Shown here: piece after piece, positions 1 to 9,055 of the stretch
Layout of the letters: each line of letters opens with the position of its first letter
How positions within the stretch are numbered: position 1 is the first letter of the stretch
DNA from: Candidatus Coproplasma sp.
GTDB lineage: Bacteria > Bacillota > Clostridia > Christensenellales > Borkfalkiaceae
Length of the DNA stretch: 64,000 bases
Direction of reading: 5' to 3'
Assembly: GCA_051884115.1 (NCBI GenBank)
Contig: JBJEVA010000098.1
Coordinates: 26,975-90,974 of the forward strand
The notes under the pieces: generated by a model
What the model was told of the DNA's origin: nothing
The model's database searches: none
What the model saw: the letters and a program-made list of their open reading frames with translations, nothing else
Position numbers and translations under genes: made by a program

Positions 1-500
1 GTGAGTCTTTTAAACTCGAACACGCGACAGCGCGAAACGATTGCAGGGGTCATCGAGGCGTAGGGATTTTCGGTTGTGGAACCGATAAAAATTATCGTAC
101 CCTTTTCTATTGCAGGCAAGAGTGAATCGGACTGCGTTTTGTTGAAACGGTGGCACTCGTCAAGCATTAGGTAGGTGCGCTTATTATAAAGCTTTAAGTT
201 GTTTTCCGCTTCCGTTACAGCGGACTTAACGTCGGCTACGCCTGCCTGAACGGCGTTCAACTTTATGAACTCGCCGTGGGTGGTTGAAGCAATGATATGC
301 GCAAGCGTGGTCTTGCCCGTACCGGGAGGACCGTAGAAGATGCAACTGCCCAACCTGTCCAAAGAAATTGCACGGCGCAAAAGAGAGCCTTCCGCAACGA
401 TGTGCTTCTGCCCGATAAAGTCGTTTAAGTTGTTGGCACGCATTCTTTCGGCAAGGGGTTTTGCCTTCTCTTCATTGCCGTTAAAGTCGAATAAATCCAT
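1..500 (-). CDS. rarA: Replication-associated recombination protein A (RarA/MgsA AAA+ ATPase), N-terminal part; the gene runs off the window start
   Basis: My own minus-strand translation from the ATG at 500-498 gives MDLFDFNGNEEKAKPLAERMRANNLNDFIGQKHIVAEGSLLRRAI..FYGPPGTGKTTLAHIIA..MLDECHRFNKTQSDSLLPAIEKGTIIFIGSTTENPY. It is open-ended, so it is absent from the ORF track. Confidence 0.8.
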   Translation of the reverse strand, partial: MDLFDFNGNEEKAKPLAERMRANNLNDFIGQKHIVAEGSLLRRAISLDRLGSCIFYGPPGTGKTTLAHIIASTTHGEFIKLNAVQAGVADVKSAVTEAENNLKLYNKRTYLMLDECHRFNKTQSDSLLPAIEKGTIIFIGSTTENPYASMTPAIVSRCRVFEFKRL

Positions 501-504
501 ATTA

Positions 505-1296
505 TTATTGCTTTATTAGTTTTTTAATCTGTGGCATCAAAGCCTTGGTCGTATTATAACCGCTTTCGTATGCTACGGGTAAATCCTTAATTCTATACTG
601 ACTCATCATGCCCATATCGGGTATTACCCATAGAGTTCTATCGTCGTCGGTTAGCTGTCTTTTCATACAGGTGGAGTTGTAGTCTATGATGTCATATACC
701 CTGATTATCATTCCAATCACGCTCTTAACCTTGGTTACAGGCTCTTTGGTGTTATCTAAAACGTCAACGGCAATTACTACGTCCGCACCCATTTCCTTAA
801 CCTGTTCGGTGGGTATTCTGCAAAGCACTCCGCCATCGACAAGCAACTTATCTTCGTACTCCACGGGTTGGAATACAAGGGGGATTGTGCTTGAAGCCCT
901 TACCGCCGTAGCCACTTCGCCTTTGTCCAATACAACAAGTTTGCCTGAGAGCAGGTCGGTTGCCACGCAACGGAAAGGAATGGCGAGTTCGTCAAACTGA
1001 ACGGCGCCTATTTTATCTAAGAGCATATCGTGCATCTTGTTGCCCTTTAACAGTGCGCCCTTGCTCAATCCGCCGAGGTCGAGCAAATCGAAGGGTTTGA
1101 TTTGTTGTACGGTTTCATACATATCTTCAACTTGCATTCCTGCCGAATAGCAAGCGCCTACCACCGCACCCATAGAACAACCCGTGATAAAGTCGGGCTT
1201 AATGCCCTCCTCTTCGAGCGCCTTTAAAACTCCTATATGCGCAACACCCCTCGAACCTCCGCTACCGAGGGCAAGACCTATCTTTTTTGCCTTCAT
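505..1296 (-). CDS. Patatin-like phospholipase (RssA-like)
   Basis: GLALGSGGSRGVAHIGVLKALEE, the GCSMGA nucleophile elbow and the DGG motif are present; SD GGAAGGA lies upstream. Confidence 0.85.
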   Translation of the reverse strand: MKAKKIGLALGSGGSRGVAHIGVLKALEEEGIKPDFITGCSMGAVVGACYSAGMQVEDMYETVQQIKPFDLLDLGGLSKGALLKGNKMHDMLLDKIGAVQFDELAIPFRCVATDLLSGKLVVLDKGEVATAVRASSTIPLVFQPVEYEDKLLVDGGVLCRIPTEQVKEMGADVVIAVDVLDNTKEPVTKVKSVIGMIIRVYDIIDYNSTCMKRQLTDDDRTLWVIPDMGMMSQYRIKDLPVAYESGYNTTKALMPQIKKLIKQ

Positions 1297-1328
1297 AAAA
1301 TTTCCTTCCGTTTAATAAAGTTTAATGT

Positions 1329-2297
1329 ATGGAACGTCTTAAAAAATTTAAATTAAAAAATTTTAAAAGAGTTGTGAGTTGTTTGATTTTAATATTTTTT
1401 GCCGTAACTATTTTTATTCGCCCGGACAGGTATATTACAGCCTGCTTTAACGGCATTTGCCTATGGGCGGAGTGCGTGCTACCCTCTCTTTTCCCCTTTA
1501 TGGTAATCTGCGCCCTGCTTTCTTCTTTAGGGGCAATCAACTTTGCGTCACGCCCCCTATTCAGGCTGTCTAAAAAACTTAAACTGCCTAAACTTGCTCT
1601 GCCGTTGTTTTTTATGAGCGCAATTGCAGGATACCCTGCCGGGAGTAGGCTTGTTGCAAGTTACTATAAGGACGGCTATATTACCCGTTCGGAGGCGAGG
1701 AAACTTGCGCCTCTATGCTCTGCATGCGGTCCTCTTTTTGCGTTGGGTACTATCGGCGTTAAGGCGTTCGGCGGGGGATATTATGGGGTTAAACTGCTTT
1801 CAGCCTCCCTTATTTCAATCCTTTCCACCTCACTGATTTATTGCCTATTTGCAAAGAGCCAAAAGGCGGAAGATGCGCCTATTATAAAAAGCGACAGGGG
1901 AAATCTGCTTGAAAACGCATTTTACGGCGGAGTGACCGCCTGCCTTACCGCCGGGGCTTTCATCTGCTTTTTCTACACCCTGTCTCAAATTATTTCCGAC
2001 TTTAATATTTTTATGCCGATTGAATTTATTTTATCCGCCGTTATAGGCGATTGTGCCAAGGGGCTTTGCCAAGGGCTTTGCGAGGCGACGGGCGGTTGCT
2101 TTGCCGTTGCCACGTCAGGTGGATTTTTCGCACTGCCGTGCGCCGGGTTTTTATGCGTATTCGGCGGAGCTTCGATTCTACTACAACAGCTGTGTTACCT
2201 GACTGAATGCGGTGTAAAGCCGTCGTTTTTTATAGCGTTTAAATTTGTTCAGGGCGTTGTTGCATTCGGGATACTTTGCCTCTTTTTATTATTTTAA
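1329..2297 (+). CDS. ylbJ: YlbJ-like sporulation integral membrane protein (nucleoside-recognition/Gate domain)
   Basis: The pattern W.E.VLPSLFPFMVI...AGYPAGSRL...PLFALG matches B. subtilis YlbJ. The protein is polytopic and lies near rsmD-coaD, as ylbH-ylbI-ylbJ do in Bacillus. Confidence 0.65.
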   Translation: MERLKKFKLKNFKRVVSCLILIFFAVTIFIRPDRYITACFNGICLWAECVLPSLFPFMVICALLSSLGAINFASRPLFRLSKKLKLPKLALPLFFMSAIAGYPAGSRLVASYYKDGYITRSEARKLAPLCSACGPLFALGTIGVKAFGGGYYGVKLLSASLISILSTSLIYCLFAKSQKAEDAPIIKSDRGNLLENAFYGGVTACLTAGAFICFFYTLSQIISDFNIFMPIEFILSAVIGDCAKGLCQGLCEATGGCFAVATSGGFFALPCAGFLCVFGGASILLQQLCYLTECGVKPSFFIAFKFVQGVVAFGILCLFLLF

Positions 2298-2324
2298 AGC
2301 TTTTACGCCCGCTTCTTCATTCTA

Positions 2325-3131
2325 TCAGTATGCGCCGAAAATTCTAAACGAGAGCGATTTTTCTTCAATCTCTTTAAGGGCGGTGGCAAGGCTTTTTCTA
2401 TCATCGCCGAGTTCTATTTCTATAAAGAACCTGAACTCCCCGAGCTTTTCTTTAATAGGTCGGCTCTCAATTTTTGTCATATTTATATTATGCTCTGCAA
2501 GGACGTTGAGCATAGAAATCAGCGCACCCGGTCTATGTAGGCAGGTAAAGCAGAAGAACAGCCTTTTTGCTCCGTATGCGGGCAGGGTGAACTTGCCTTT
2601 TACAATCTTAAAAAAGAAGGTGAAGTTCGTCTTCTCGTCCGATATCGTTTGAGCGGATAGCGTGAATCCCTCTCTTACTACGTGCGCCCCCACTATTCCT
2701 GCGTCGGACGGCGTTTTAATCATACTTAAGCTTTCCGACGTCGAAGAGGTTGCGTATTGGCATGCTGTGGGGAATTTTTCGGAGAGGTATTTTGCGCACT
2801 GCGCAAGAGCCTGAGGGTGGGAATATATGCGCTCTACCCCCTCGTAAGAAGCTCCGTTTAGGGTGATTATTCTGTGGTCAACCAAAACGGGGCATTGCGC
2901 AACGACCGTTACGTCCTTAAACTCTTCCAACAAATCGAGGTTTTGAGTGACGGCGCCGTTTAAGGAATTTTCGATAGGAACGACGGCTTCGTCTATCTCA
3001 CCTGCGGAGAGTGCGGAAAAAATTGCGCGGAAATTTTTGTAGGGCGTGAGAGTAAAACCTGCACACAGTTTCTTTGTTGCAAGCTCGCTGTAACTTCCCG
3101 ACGGTCCGAGATAACCTGCTGTCCTTTCCAT
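2325..3131 (-). CDS. pheA: Prephenate dehydratase with C-terminal ACT domain
   Basis: YLGPSGSYSE N-terminus, TKIESRP ACT motif, 268 aa. Confidence 0.85.
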   Translation of the reverse strand: MERTAGYLGPSGSYSELATKKLCAGFTLTPYKNFRAIFSALSAGEIDEAVVPIENSLNGAVTQNLDLLEEFKDVTVVAQCPVLVDHRIITLNGASYEGVERIYSHPQALAQCAKYLSEKFPTACQYATSSTSESLSMIKTPSDAGIVGAHVVREGFTLSAQTISDEKTNFTFFFKIVKGKFTLPAYGAKRLFFCFTCLHRPGALISMLNVLAEHNINMTKIESRPIKEKLGEFRFFIEIELGDDRKSLATALKEIEEKSLSFRIFGAY

Positions 3132-3168
3132 ACAATTTTCCGCCTTTAATTTCTTTTAAGCTGTTAGA

Positions 3169-4191
3169 TTAAACCTTATCGGCAATATCTAAGAGCAGTC
3201 TTTCTGTATCGCACCAACCGAGGCAGGGGTCGGTTATGGACTTGCCATAGACCTTGTCCTCGCTCTGATTGCCTTCTTCGATAAAGCTCTCTATCATAAA
3301 GCCCTTTACGTTGCGTTTGAAGTCGTTATCGTAGAGGCGGTTATTCATAACCTCTTCGCAGATTCTTATCTGCTGTTTAAATTTCTTACCGCTGTTGGAG
3401 TGGTTTGCGTCTATTATTATTGCAGGATTTTTCAAGCCCGACTTTGCGTAGCCGTCTATAACCTGCATTACCGTCTCGTAATGGAAGTTGGGGATATCGT
3501 TGCCGTAGGAATCGACTGCGCCCCTTAAAATGGCGTGGGTTAAGGGGTTGCCGTTCGTCTTCATCTGCCAGCCGTTGAGCATAAAGGTCTGTGCCGATTG
3601 TGCGGCATAGATAGAGTTTAACAGCACTAAAATAGAACCGCCCATAGGGTTCTTTACACCGACGGGTACGTCCATTCCGCTTGCCGTAAGCCTGTGGAGC
3701 TGGTTTTCCGAACTACGCGCGCCGACTGCTACGTAGGAGAGTAAGTCGTCTATATAGGCGTAGTTTGCAGGATAGAGCATCTCGTCTGCGGAGGAGAGTC
3801 CGCTCGCCTCCATTGCCTTAATGTTAAGCTCCCTTATAGTTAATATTCCCTTTAAAATGTCCTCCGACTTGGAAGGGTCGGGCTGAGAGAACATACCTTT
3901 ATAGCCTACGCCCTTTGTACGGGGTTTGTTGGTGTATATTCTTGGAACGATTACAAGCTTTTCCTTGACCTTTTCGTTGAGCTTGCCAAGGCGTTCTATA
4001 TAGTCTAAAACGGGTGCCTGAGCATGTGCGGAGCAAGGTCCTACTATTACTATGAGTTTATCGCTGTTGCCCGTTATAACGTCGGCAATAGCCTTATCAC
4101 GCTCTTCCTTAATTGCTTTAAGCTCCTTGGGGAGGGGCTTTTCCGCCTTAATTACTTCCGGTTCGGGAATTTTTACCTGTCTTTCAAACAT
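3169..4191 (-). CDS. aroF: 3-deoxy-7-phosphoheptulonate (DAHP) synthase, AroG/AroF-like class I
   Basis: IVGPCSAH, RIYTNKPRTKGVGYKGMFSQPDP, 340 aa; SD GGAGA; the start overlaps the coaD end by 8 nt. Confidence 0.85.
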   Translation of the reverse strand: MFERQVKIPEPEVIKAEKPLPKELKAIKEERDKAIADVITGNSDKLIVIVGPCSAHAQAPVLDYIERLGKLNEKVKEKLVIVPRIYTNKPRTKGVGYKGMFSQPDPSKSEDILKGILTIRELNIKAMEASGLSSADEMLYPANYAYIDDLLSYVAVGARSSENQLHRLTASGMDVPVGVKNPMGGSILVLLNSIYAAQSAQTFMLNGWQMKTNGNPLTHAILRGAVDSYGNDIPNFHYETVMQVIDGYAKSGLKNPAIIIDANHSNSGKKFKQQIRICEEVMNNRLYDNDFKRNVKGFMIESFIEEGNQSEDKVYGKSITDPCLGWCDTERLLLDIADKV

Positions 4192-4672
4192 CTTTTTTCT
4201 CCAAATATTTTTTTACAAGTTCATAAATTTGTTCAGGAACGTAGTCCTTGAATTGCTTTTTAAACGCAACCGAATTGCGTACAAGCGACGAACTGATATG
4301 AAGCTCGTCCTGTTCGGCAGGGATATAGATTGTTATCATATCCTTATCGAGCTTCCTGCTTGCAAAGGCGTTGCGGTTTTCGTACTCGAAGTCGATAGCG
4401 TCCCTTACGCCTCTTACGTAAAAGGGGGTGTTTTCGGCTTTTAATAAATCGACTGCCGTACCGTCGAAGGACACAACCTTTACTCTCTTTTCATTCTTAA
4501 AAAGCTCGTTTAACATCTCCAACCTCTCTTCGTGGGTAAAGAGCGTTGTTTTAGCCGTATTTATCATTAGAGCAACCGTTACGCCGTCGAAGATTTTTAA
4601 AGCTTTATTTACTACCGTCAGATGACCCAAAGTGGGTGGGTCGAACGTACCGGCAAAAACGCAAGTCTTCAT
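4184..4672 (-). CDS. coaD: Pantetheine-phosphate adenylyltransferase
   Basis: FAGTFDPPTLGHL nucleotidyltransferase motif, ISSSLVR, 162 aa. Confidence 0.9.
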   Translation of the reverse strand: MKTCVFAGTFDPPTLGHLTVVNKALKIFDGVTVALMINTAKTTLFTHEERLEMLNELFKNEKRVKVVSFDGTAVDLLKAENTPFYVRGVRDAIDFEYENRNAFASRKLDKDMITIYIPAEQDELHISSSLVRNSVAFKKQFKDYVPEQIYELVKKYLEKKDV

Positions 4673-4689
4673 TTTACACCTTTAATATT

Positions 4690-5226
4690 TTATTCCTTTT
4701 CAAAAAAGGTAAGATAGGCTTTGCCGTACTTACGCTCGTCAATTATTTTAAGTCCTTCTATTTCGCCTTCAAAGGAGCGGTCGCGTTCGTATATGGCGAC
4801 ACCGCCTTGAGCCAACAGCCCCCTTTCCGAAATAGCCTTTAACGAAGGCACGCCGAAGTCCATTGCATATGGAGGGTCGAGAAAAATTATATCGAATTTT
4901 TCGTTGCAACGCCTTAGATAATCGAGGAAGTCATAGCGCGTAACCACGCAACAAGCTTGCTCTTTAATGGCGGAAATATTTTTGCTGAGTACGGCTAAGC
5001 TTTCCTTAGAACGGTCGTTGAAATGTACCTTTTTAGCACCCCTCGAAACACATTCAAGCCCTAAGCTTCCGCTTCCGCAGAACAAATCGAGAACGGTTGC
5101 CCCTGCAATTCTGTCCGACAGAATATTGAAAAGGCTCTCTTTTGCCCTATCCGACGTGGGGCGTATGCCCTCCGCTTCAAATTCGGCAAGTTTTCTGCCA
5201 CGATGCTTACCCGAAATTATCCTCAC
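4690..5226 (-). CDS. rsmD: 16S rRNA (guanine966-N2)-methyltransferase RsmD
   Basis: MRIISGKHRGRKL, RPTSDRAKESLFN, LDLFCGSG, DPPY. Confidence 0.85.
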   Translation of the reverse strand: MRIISGKHRGRKLAEFEAEGIRPTSDRAKESLFNILSDRIAGATVLDLFCGSGSLGLECVSRGAKKVHFNDRSKESLAVLSKNISAIKEQACCVVTRYDFLDYLRRCNEKFDIIFLDPPYAMDFGVPSLKAISERGLLAQGGVAIYERDRSFEGEIEGLKIIDERKYGKAYLTFFEKE

Positions 5227-5900
5227 TTTTTGCGCCCCTTATCGTTCTTTCCGCCCTTCTTCTTTTCGCCGGGGATATCCACCACTCGGCTCCTTTTATC
5301 ATCGGGGTTGGTCTTAGCAAGCTGTTCTTGAATTTTTAACTGTTTAAGCTTGCCGAGATAATACCCTAAGGTGTGGAAAGCTACGGGGAAGAGTATTAAA
5401 ATATAGCTTAACGGCGCATATTTTTCACCCAGGAACGAGAAGGGGAAGTATGCCCAACCGCACAGATATTTTAAGCAAAATTCACACACGGTGTTGGGAT
5501 AAAGAAGCTCTACCGACTGAAAAACGATGAAGGGTATGCACATAATTAAACCTATTACTATGCCCTTCCAAACAGCGTATTCGCCCGTCTTATATATGAC
5601 CTTTTCGTCCTTTGAACCAAGCTCTCTCTTCCTTGCGTTCTCCACCGTTTTACGGTAGGCGATAGAGCCGTTTTCTCTGCCGAAGATTATTAAAGCTGAG
5701 CCGAGCATAACTTCTCCGCCAATCAGCGCTAAAAGCGAAATCGCCAAATCGTCATAGGCTGTGTTTACTATGACGGTTAAGCTTAACACCGCCATTAAAA
5801 TGAGTGAAAACGCCACCCCTTGCAACATATCCAAAATCTCTAAACCGAACTTTTTCCCTGCTGAATAGTTCTTTTCATCTACTAAAATTTCATCTTCCAA
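5223..5900 (-). CDS. Hypothetical polytopic membrane protein with a Lys-rich C-terminal tail
   Basis: 225-aa ORF with several hydrophobic spans. It has a TTG start with GGGGGA upstream and overlaps both neighbours (11 nt and 4 nt). No family was recognised. Confidence 0.5.
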   Translation of the reverse strand: MEDEILVDEKNYSAGKKFGLEILDMLQGVAFSLILMAVLSLTVIVNTAYDDLAISLLALIGGEVMLGSALIIFGRENGSIAYRKTVENARKRELGSKDEKVIYKTGEYAVWKGIVIGLIMCIPFIVFQSVELLYPNTVCEFCLKYLCGWAYFPFSFLGEKYAPLSYILILFPVAFHTLGYYLGKLKQLKIQEQLAKTNPDDKRSRVVDIPGEKKKGGKNDKGRKK

Positions 5901-6435
5901 AGACGGTCATCCCCCTTTCGCAAACATATATATCGAGAGGAACGTCCTTTTCCTCTTCAAAATTTTCTTCGGTGAATTGTAAATTATATCCCATACCTAC
6001 CTTTAACATATCGGTACGTTCGGCAAAATACCTGTCGTAATACCCACCGCCGTAGCCTAAGCGGTAGCCCCTTTTATTGACGGCAAGAAGGGGAGTTAAA
6101 CATATATCGAGCTTGCCCTCGTAGGCTTGTCCTTGGGGTTCTAAGATGCCGTAAGAATTTTTGACGAGGCAATTTTCGTCGCCAAAATAACTTACGGCAA
6201 CCATATCTTTGCCTTCAACCCTTGGCAGATACACCCTTTTCCCAGCCTTTAAAAGCCTGTCTATCAGTGCGTGTGTGTCCGCCTCCGAGCCGTAGCTGTA
6301 ATATACCAAAAAATCTTCTCTGTCGGCAAACGCCTGCAAGATTATATCTGCTATCGCTCCGTCGGCTACTTCCCTTACGGAGTGTTGGAAGTATTTACGT
6401 TTGATTTTGTATTTATATCTCAGCTCGTCTTTCAT
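5890..6435 (-). CDS. 5-formyltetrahydrofolate cyclo-ligase (MTHFS)
   Basis: YLPRV, GILEP and GYGGGYYDRY motifs. I moved the start to the ATG at 6435 (MKDELRY); the longer track ORF would run deep into alr. Confidence 0.8.
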   Translation of the reverse strand: MKDELRYKYKIKRKYFQHSVREVADGAIADIILQAFADREDFLVYYSYGSEADTHALIDRLLKAGKRVYLPRVEGKDMVAVSYFGDENCLVKNSYGILEPQGQAYEGKLDICLTPLLAVNKRGYRLGYGGGYYDRYFAERTDMLKVGMGYNLQFTEENFEEEKDVPLDIYVCERGMTVFGR

Positions 6436-7399
6436 ATATCCTTTGACTTCTTGCCGTGACCGAACACAGCACTTCGTAAGAAATTGTACCGCAACGGGCG
6501 GAATACTCCTCCGCATCGGTGAACACGGGCAGATAATCGCCCTTATTCGAACTTATGAATGCATCCATACACAGAGTTTTTTCACCAAGAGGTACGTTCC
6601 TGAAAAAACCGTCGGCATAGCCTAAACGGTAGGTATAGAGCGTTTGGTACTTTTTATCGGCTACGTTATAGCCTACGCCCTTCCCGAAAACCTTGGTTTG
6701 TTGGGCAAGACGGGCATAGACCTTTAACGCGGGAGTTAAACCTATTTTTTTAAACCCGAACGGCGTGTAGCCGTAGAGCATAAGTCCGCACCTAACTCCG
6801 TCGCAAAGGTACTCCTCCCCACGAAGTATTCCTCCGCTTGCACTTAAATGAGCTATTGCACCGGGGGCAAATTTTTTTACCGCCCTCTCCGCCTGTTTAA
6901 ATACGGAGAGCTGTTCTCTGCATATCTTTTCGTTATCTGCGCAATACAGGTGGGAATATACCCCGACTATACTCTCTTTTTCGACAACCGACAAAAGGTA
7001 ATTTAACTCGTCTATGTTACAGCCGTAGCGGTTCATACCCGTATTTACGGCTATTTGAAAAGGCAGTCCCCTGCATAGCTTTGCGCTTCTTTCGTCGGTT
7101 ACGGTAGCCTGTAAATTATAAAATTTAAGCTTTTGGATATCGTCTGTATCCAAGGGCGGTGCAAGCACTAATATAGGTTTGGTTATACCTGAAATTCTTA
7201 GTTCCGAAGCTTCGTCAACAATGGCAACGCAAAAGCCGTCCGCAACGTCTTCGAGCTCCTTAGCAACCTCGGTTGCGCCGTGGCCGTAGGCGTCTGCCTT
7301 TACCACCGCGTAAAAAAATTTACCGCCGATTAAGCTTTTTACTTTTAACGCGTTAGAGCGTATAGCCGAAAGATTTATAACCGAAAGCGTTTTTTGCAT
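6413..7399 (-). CDS. alr: Alanine racemase (compact, 328 aa)
   Basis: VVKADAYGHG PLP-lysine motif; the family pattern holds throughout. Confidence 0.85.
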   Translation of the reverse strand: MQKTLSVINLSAIRSNALKVKSLIGGKFFYAVVKADAYGHGATEVAKELEDVADGFCVAIVDEASELRISGITKPILVLAPPLDTDDIQKLKFYNLQATVTDERSAKLCRGLPFQIAVNTGMNRYGCNIDELNYLLSVVEKESIVGVYSHLYCADNEKICREQLSVFKQAERAVKKFAPGAIAHLSASGGILRGEEYLCDGVRCGLMLYGYTPFGFKKIGLTPALKVYARLAQQTKVFGKGVGYNVADKKYQTLYTYRLGYADGFFRNVPLGEKTLCMDAFISSNKGDYLPVFTDAEEYSARCGTISYEVLCSVTARSQRIYERRAEI

Positions 7400-7525
7400 A
7401 CGACATAATATGCTTACCTTTTAATTATGGTTACGCCGAGCATAATGCCACGTTAAAATCTTATACATATTTCATTGTACCACAAAGGAACGTAGTTTGC
7501 AATATTTTTAAACCTTTTTTAATGC

Positions 7526-7554
7526 TTTACAACTTACTTTTAAAGTGCTAAAAT
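7526..7554 (+). promoter_or_regulatory. Sigma-A-type promoter for the birA-like gene: TTTACA-N17-TGcTAAAAT, 6 nt before the ATG
   Basis: -35 TTTACA at 7526-7531 and extended -10 TGcTAAAAT at 7546-7554. No SD lies between the -10 box and the ATG at 7561. Confidence 0.45.
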
Positions 7555-7560
7555 CAAATT

Positions 7561-8283
7561 ATGAGTTTAAAAAGCGAAATATTGAAAAAGCTTGAAGAGA
7601 ACAGAGGCGCTTATCTTTCGGGGGAAAACCTTTCCGAGAGCTTTGGCGTTACCCGTCAAGCCGTATGGAAAGCCGTCAAAAAACTTACCGAAGAGGGGTA
7701 TATTATCAACTCCGTAACTAACAAGGGATATATGCTCGACGGCAAGTGCGACCTTTTATCCTCCGCCGTTATATCCGATAAGACGGGGGCGAAAGTTTTC
7801 TGCTTTGACGAAGTGGGTTCGACCAACACCGTAGCCTTTCAAAAATTATACGCCGAGGGCGAGTGTTTAGTTGTCGCAGAACGCCAGAGCATGGGAAGGA
7901 CTAAAAACGGGGAGAAATTTATCTCACCCACGCAAAAGGGAATCTATATGTCGGTTGCAAATCTTTGCAATCAACCCGTTGAACGGGCGGACGAACTTAG
8001 AGCAAGGTGTGCAGAGCTTGTTGCCCGAGTAATTTGCAATTACTGCGGTAATATGCCCGAGATACGCAATTTAGACGAGTTGTATTTAGACGGGAAAAAG
8101 GTGTGCGGAATATTGATTGAAGGCGAGATTAACCTTGCCACAAACAGAATAACAAAAGCTGTAATCGGCATAGGAATCTATACCGCAGAGGTTAGCGAGA
8201 GGTTTGGCTATATCGACTCGACAGAGCCGAGGAACGCTTTAATCTGCGATATCTATAAAGCCGTTAAAAATTTAATGAATTAA
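7561..8283 (+). CDS. birA: BirA-like biotin repressor / biotin-protein ligase homologue, short (240 aa) with degenerate catalytic motifs
   Basis: N-terminal wHTH (GVTRQAVWKAVKKLTEEGYII). The ligase-core remnant is SMGRTKNGEKFISPTQKGIYMSV in place of GRGRxGRxWxSP, and IRNLDELYLDGKKVCGILIE in place of KWPNDI. Confidence 0.7.
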   Translation: MSLKSEILKKLEENRGAYLSGENLSESFGVTRQAVWKAVKKLTEEGYIINSVTNKGYMLDGKCDLLSSAVISDKTGAKVFCFDEVGSTNTVAFQKLYAEGECLVVAERQSMGRTKNGEKFISPTQKGIYMSVANLCNQPVERADELRARCAELVARVICNYCGNMPEIRNLDELYLDGKKVCGILIEGEINLATNRITKAVIGIGIYTAEVSERFGYIDSTEPRNALICDIYKAVKNLMN

Positions 8284-8302
8284 ATATTTGTGAATATCAT
8301 AG

Positions 8303-8336
8303 CCCCCTGCCGTTGAGTAGCGACAGGGGGTTTTTA
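8303..8336 (+). terminator. Rho-independent terminator after the birA-like gene
   Basis: Stem CCCCCTG (8303-8309) / CAGGGGG (8324-8330) followed by TTTTT. Confidence 0.7.
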
Positions 8337-8345
8337 ACTTTATAT

Positions 8346-8993
8346 TTATTTATGCAGTCTTACAAAAGGTTTAAGGTAATTGACTAATAACGTTGCGCCG
8401 ACTATCTTTATTAGGTCGGGTATTATATAGGGATATACGCAATAGGTTAGGGCGATTTGAAGATTAGTCGTCGTTACGCTTCCCTTATAAATCATCATAA
8501 ACCAAAGAGTGCCGAAGAGGTAGCACACCGCTACTCCCACTACCATTGCAAGGGCAAGTATTATTAGCTGAACTATATGTAATGCCACCTTATCTTTTAC
8601 CTTTTCGCCGACAAGATGCATCTTATCGGAGGTTATACCCACAATAATCGCCGTGAAAATAAAGCCTATTACGTACCCTGCCGAAGCCGAGGCGATGAGC
8701 GCGTAAAAATTTTTAAACCCCGAAAAGACAGGCACTCCGCATATTCCGAGGAGTATGTAGGAAATTACGCATATAACTCCCCTCTTCCACCCTAAAAACC
8801 CTGCCGTCATACATACGCCCAAAGTCTGTAAGGTGATAGAAATTTCGGATATGGGAATTGCTATCCAGGAGCAGACTGCAATGACTACCGCAAACAATGC
8901 GATATAACATATATCTCTTACACCGAAGGGTGCGACTTTGCCTTTCTTATCTTTAATTTGACTACTTTCGTTTATGTTTTCGTTTTCTTCCAT
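8346..8993 (-). CDS. bioY: Biotin transporter BioY (ECF S-component)
   Basis: TLQTLGVCMTAGFLG and GVPVFSG motifs; polytopic. The start was chosen at ATG 8993 because the promoter geometry puts the transcription start site (TSS) there; ATG 8999 is the alternative. Confidence 0.85.
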   Translation of the reverse strand: MEENENINESSQIKDKKGKVAPFGVRDICYIALFAVVIAVCSWIAIPISEISITLQTLGVCMTAGFLGWKRGVICVISYILLGICGVPVFSGFKNFYALIASASAGYVIGFIFTAIIVGITSDKMHLVGEKVKDKVALHIVQLIILALAMVVGVAVCYLFGTLWFMMIYKGSVTTTNLQIALTYCVYPYIIPDLIKIVGATLLVNYLKPFVRLHK

Positions 8994-8999
8994 ACCCAT

Positions 9000-9028
9000 A
9001 TTATATTTTTGAATATTTTAATTGTCAA
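9000..9028 (-). promoter_or_regulatory. Consensus sigma-A promoter of bioY: TTGACA-N17-TATAAT
   Basis: On the minus strand, TTGACA lies at 9028-9023 and TATAAT at 9005-9000. The -10 abuts ATG 8999 and sits 6 nt before ATG 8993. Confidence 0.6.
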
Positions 9029-9055
9029 CCATTTTTAATAAATAGGTTTACAATT
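9020..9055. promoter_or_regulatory. BirA operator: inverted repeat AATTGTCAACC-N14-GGTTTACAATT
   Basis: The half-sites at 9020-9030 and 9045-9055 are reverse complements with one mismatch. They match the Firmicute BirA box form TTGTAAACC-N14/15-GGTTTACAA, and the repeat overlaps the bioY -35. Confidence 0.65.

Noticed and set aside
7474-7503. A possible second BirA operator upstream of birA (ATTGTACC...GTTTGCAAT).
   Set aside because: Only the outer ATTG/CAAT and a few inner positions pair. The half-sites do not match the clear bioY operator, and the site lies upstream of the predicted birA -35.
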